Made by a program: the position numbers and the translations under genes | DNA from: an uncultured Nitrososphaerota archaeon | GTDB taxonomy: Archaea > Thermoproteota > Nitrososphaeria > Nitrososphaerales > Gagatemarchaeaceae | NCBI GenBank assembly: GCA_963718895.1 | Contig: CAVRAG010000008.1 | Coordinates: 256,001-320,000 of the forward strand | Length of the DNA stretch: 64,000 nucleotides | Direction of reading: 5' to 3' | The notes under the pieces: generated by a model | Databases searched by the model: none | What the model was told of the DNA's origin: nothing | Seen by the model: the letters and a program-made list of their open reading frames with translations, nothing else | Shown here: piece after piece, positions 61,574 through 64,000 of the stretch | How positions within the stretch are numbered: position 1 is the first letter of the stretch | Layout of the letters: the number at the start of each line of letters is the position of its first letter

Positions 61574-63032
61574 CTAGGCTGCCGGTTTCTTCGACCTAGA
61601 GCCCGCTACGAGGTACCCGATGGCGAGCCCGACGATCAGGAGGACCACCATTGCACCATAGGCCCAAGCCGGGACTCCCGAGGACGAACTGCCAGTGCCT
61701 GTCGAAGTCACTGTAGCCGTTGTGGTGGAGACCGATGTGGCGACCGAGGTTATGGTTGTTGGCAGCGTCGTCGTGCTCGATCACCGTCGAAGTGACGGCC
61801 GACGCGGGCGTGTAGGAGAAGGTCGAATTTGCGTGGAAGGATCCGTATGTGGCCTTCACGGAGTACGTGCCGCTCACCCAGAGGCTGTTGACTCCGGGGT
61901 GGAACGTGTCATTGAACGCTCCGTTCGATGCCACCGTGGCGCTGTCAGCGAACACTACGGCGCCCGCAGGGTTCGTTATAGTCAGAGTGACTAGGTAGCC
62001 GTAGGTGGCACCAGTCAGAGTGCCGGATATGGTACCGGTCGGAGTCCCCACGTAGCTGCCGGAATTCGTGGAGACGGAGACCGCCGTGACGGGCGAAGTG
62101 AACGTCGACGTGGAGGACGAAGAGGTCGTCGTGCTTCCGGATGAGGAAGAGGTCGTGCTTGTGGATGCTGACGAACTGGTCGTGCTCGAGGACGAACTTG
62201 TGGTCGAGCTGGAGCTGGACTTTGTCGAGCTGGTGGTTGTCGAGCTTGTGGTGGTACTAGATGTCGAACTGGTGGTCGAGCTTGTGGTGGTCGAAGACGT
62301 AGTGCTGCTGGACGTGGTCGAGCTGGAGGTTGTTGTTACTCCGCAGGTAGTGCAGGCGCTGCCGCTGAAGGTCAACACGTATGAGGCCATGTCGGTCGCG
62401 CCGTGGTCTCCTGGATTGTTGAATTCGCCGACGGCGAAGCCGAGCTCAATCGTGGAGCCTACACCCAACTTTGGAAAGTCGTAGGGAGAGGCGCCAGAGA
62501 GCGTGAAGGGTCGATAGCACTCGGCCGTGTACACGCCGCTCGCTACCGTCAGACCGCACACAGATTGGGTCTTGTATCCCAGCGACTCTACTGTCGAAGG
62601 AGTCTGCTCGCCGGCGCTGACGAACTCGTCAACGTTTCCCTTGAACGAGGGGCTGGCGAGTATCATTATGGTGGGTGTGGAAGGCCCTCCCATCACCTGT
62701 GTGTTGTTGAGGTAACCGATCTCTATTCCACCGAAGCAGTTCGTGTCACTGCAGTAGAAGGGAGATGACTTCCAGGTCATGAGGAAGAGCCATCCCGATA
62801 CGTTCTGTTTTACCGCGAAGGTGATTCCCGAGGTCGGATCCGTGAGCACCGCGGTGTCCGTCCATTGGGAAGCTGAATAAGTTCCGTGAACGTTGACGGC
62901 AATCGTGGACTTGTAGCCGGTCACCGTCGTGGGCGCGCCCATGGCCGCACCTACCGACATGGCCGACACTAGTGCCATCAGGACCATGATAGCAGAAATC
63001 CTAGAAACGCTGAGTTTGGGTTTGTTAAGCAA
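61574..63032 (-). CDS. Secreted, C-terminally anchored protein: DOMON-like domain, Ser/Thr linker, Ig-like domain (frameshift near 61778)
   Basis: Sec signal; IEIGY...VMGG...AECYRPF...D...GFAVGE...DH; poly-S/T linker. Corrected end VPAWAYGAMVVLLIVGLAIGYLVAGSRSKKPAA*. Confidence 0.68.
62100..62340 (-). repeat. Low-complexity Ser/Thr linker
   Basis: TTTSSSTTSSSTTSSTTTSS... about 80 codons. Confidence 0.85.
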
Positions 63033-63081
63033 TTTTGCTCTAGCTTCCCGTGCTTGCTGCCGTAATTAAAGGCAGAGGACA

Positions 63082-63099
63082 ATTCTCAAAGATGAGAAT
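63082..63099. promoter_or_regulatory. Operator TTCTCA-N4-TGAGAA, site 4
   Basis: ATTCTCA-AAGA-TGAGAAT upstream of TATA TTTAATTA of the DOMON-like gene. Confidence 0.72.
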
Positions 63100-63776
63100 G
63101 GAATTTCGAGGCCTCGGAATCCAGGGAGGTAGCAACCCGGCACCCGTCCAGCTTCCTATTGACAGCTCCAAGCCAACGAGTGAGACGTCCGCGTGGACGA
63201 GCCGTTCTCTTGGAGGGGCCAATGCGCAAGCTCCTCACGTCCGAATGAAGAGAGCTCAAGGAGTGGAGAACTGGCGCTCGATCCGCAGCGGGAGGACCCG
63301 AATTCTCTTGCGAACGAAGAAGACGATATGATCTCTTTCCATCGAGCCCACGGCATCGATCTAAGGAACGGAGGCCGCGCACTGAGGTTCCGGCGCCATA
63401 GTCTCAGTTTTCTGTGAGGTCGCACCCGCGCGACCGAATTCGCACGCTATCCGGAGACACTGACGACTCGCGCTCTACGCGACCATGCAGAATCGCGTGC
63501 CGACGGGAGTGGAACCTGTTTCAGCCCCGCCTCTTCCGCGCCATAGCGTAGGCCAGGGTTGCGCGATTCTGAAGACGGTGTCCAACGTCGGTTGTTGTGG
63601 CTCAGTTAAGATGATCGTCGTGTGGTAGCGCCCGGGAGAGGTCGGCAGAAGAAGCTGCGACCCTTGAATCGGCAGAAATCCTCCTGCTGTTCACACGTAA
63701 CCCGCATCCGAGAATCGGGGACGCCTGATGCGGACTAGCATCCCCACGACGCCGGCCTCGCAAATCCGCTGGAGCT

Positions 63777-64000
63777 CTAGCTCGGGGCGGCCTTCGGTTT
63801 CGGAGCCCTGAGGTACGCTATCAGGGCGACTACGATGCCTACGACGACCAGAGCCGCGGTGATTTCGATGTCGACCGCCTGGACAGTGAACGTGCTCCAG
63901 CTGAAGGAGAGCGCCGAGTAGATCGGCTGGAATCCAGACTCCCCGAGCGTGATCTCAGCGCCCATCGACGCGGTCAGCGAGGTGAAGACGAATCCCAAGA
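63777..64000 (-). CDS. Membrane protein, C-terminal part (cut by window edge)
   Basis: Terminal TM helix ITAALVVVGIVVALIAYL plus a basic tail. Confidence 0.55.
   Translation of the reverse strand, partial: LGFVFTSLTASMGAEITLGESGFQPIYSALSFSWSTFTVQAVDIEITAALVVVGIVVALIAYLRAPKPKAAPS

Noticed and set aside
62068-62484. Val/Glu-rich ORF on the plus strand
   Set aside because: Antisense shadow of the Ser/Thr linker.
63420-63730. Possible remnant of an anchored protein gene (…TLAYAMARKRRG*) on the minus strand
   Set aside because: Too fragmentary and interrupted by a stop or frameshift; cannot be supported.
1-64000. Many long overlapping Arg/Gly/Pro-rich ORFs in the track; a mobile element or prophage explaining the accessory half
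   Set aside because: These are shadow frames of GC-rich genes. No integrase, transposase, terminal repeats or virion genes were recognised.

Overview
GC-rich archaeal chromosomal DNA. Split transketolase, split MetE, an Lhr helicase, an F420-type PPOX protein and TATA boxes about 25 nt before start codons suggest a non-ammonia-oxidising Nitrososphaerota-like lineage (inference). The left half (1-32.5 kb) is mostly housekeeping: non-oxidative pentose-phosphate genes, guaB-guaA-add, a four-gene methionine-synthase/MTHFR-like operon, GGT, aminotransferases, Lhr, hisC and MFS transporters. The right half (32.6-64 kb) is an accessory, paralog-rich region of exported redox proteins. It holds two GMC dehydrogenase operons whose Tat small subunit carries a 17-heptad coiled-coil stalk, and three Tat-signal FAD_binding_2 flavoproteins (one decayed) interleaved with two M15-type zinc peptidase genes. 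It also holds a membrane-anchored Ser/Thr-linked DOMON-like protein that shares a TTCTCA-N4-TGAGAA operator with the flavoproteins, a CBS-HPF/RaiA fusion and several tiny zinc-finger ORFs. Many genes carry single-base frameshifts, probably long-read consensus errors. No tRNA, rRNA, CRISPR array or transposase was recognised. All family calls come from motif recognition by eye, not from database searches.
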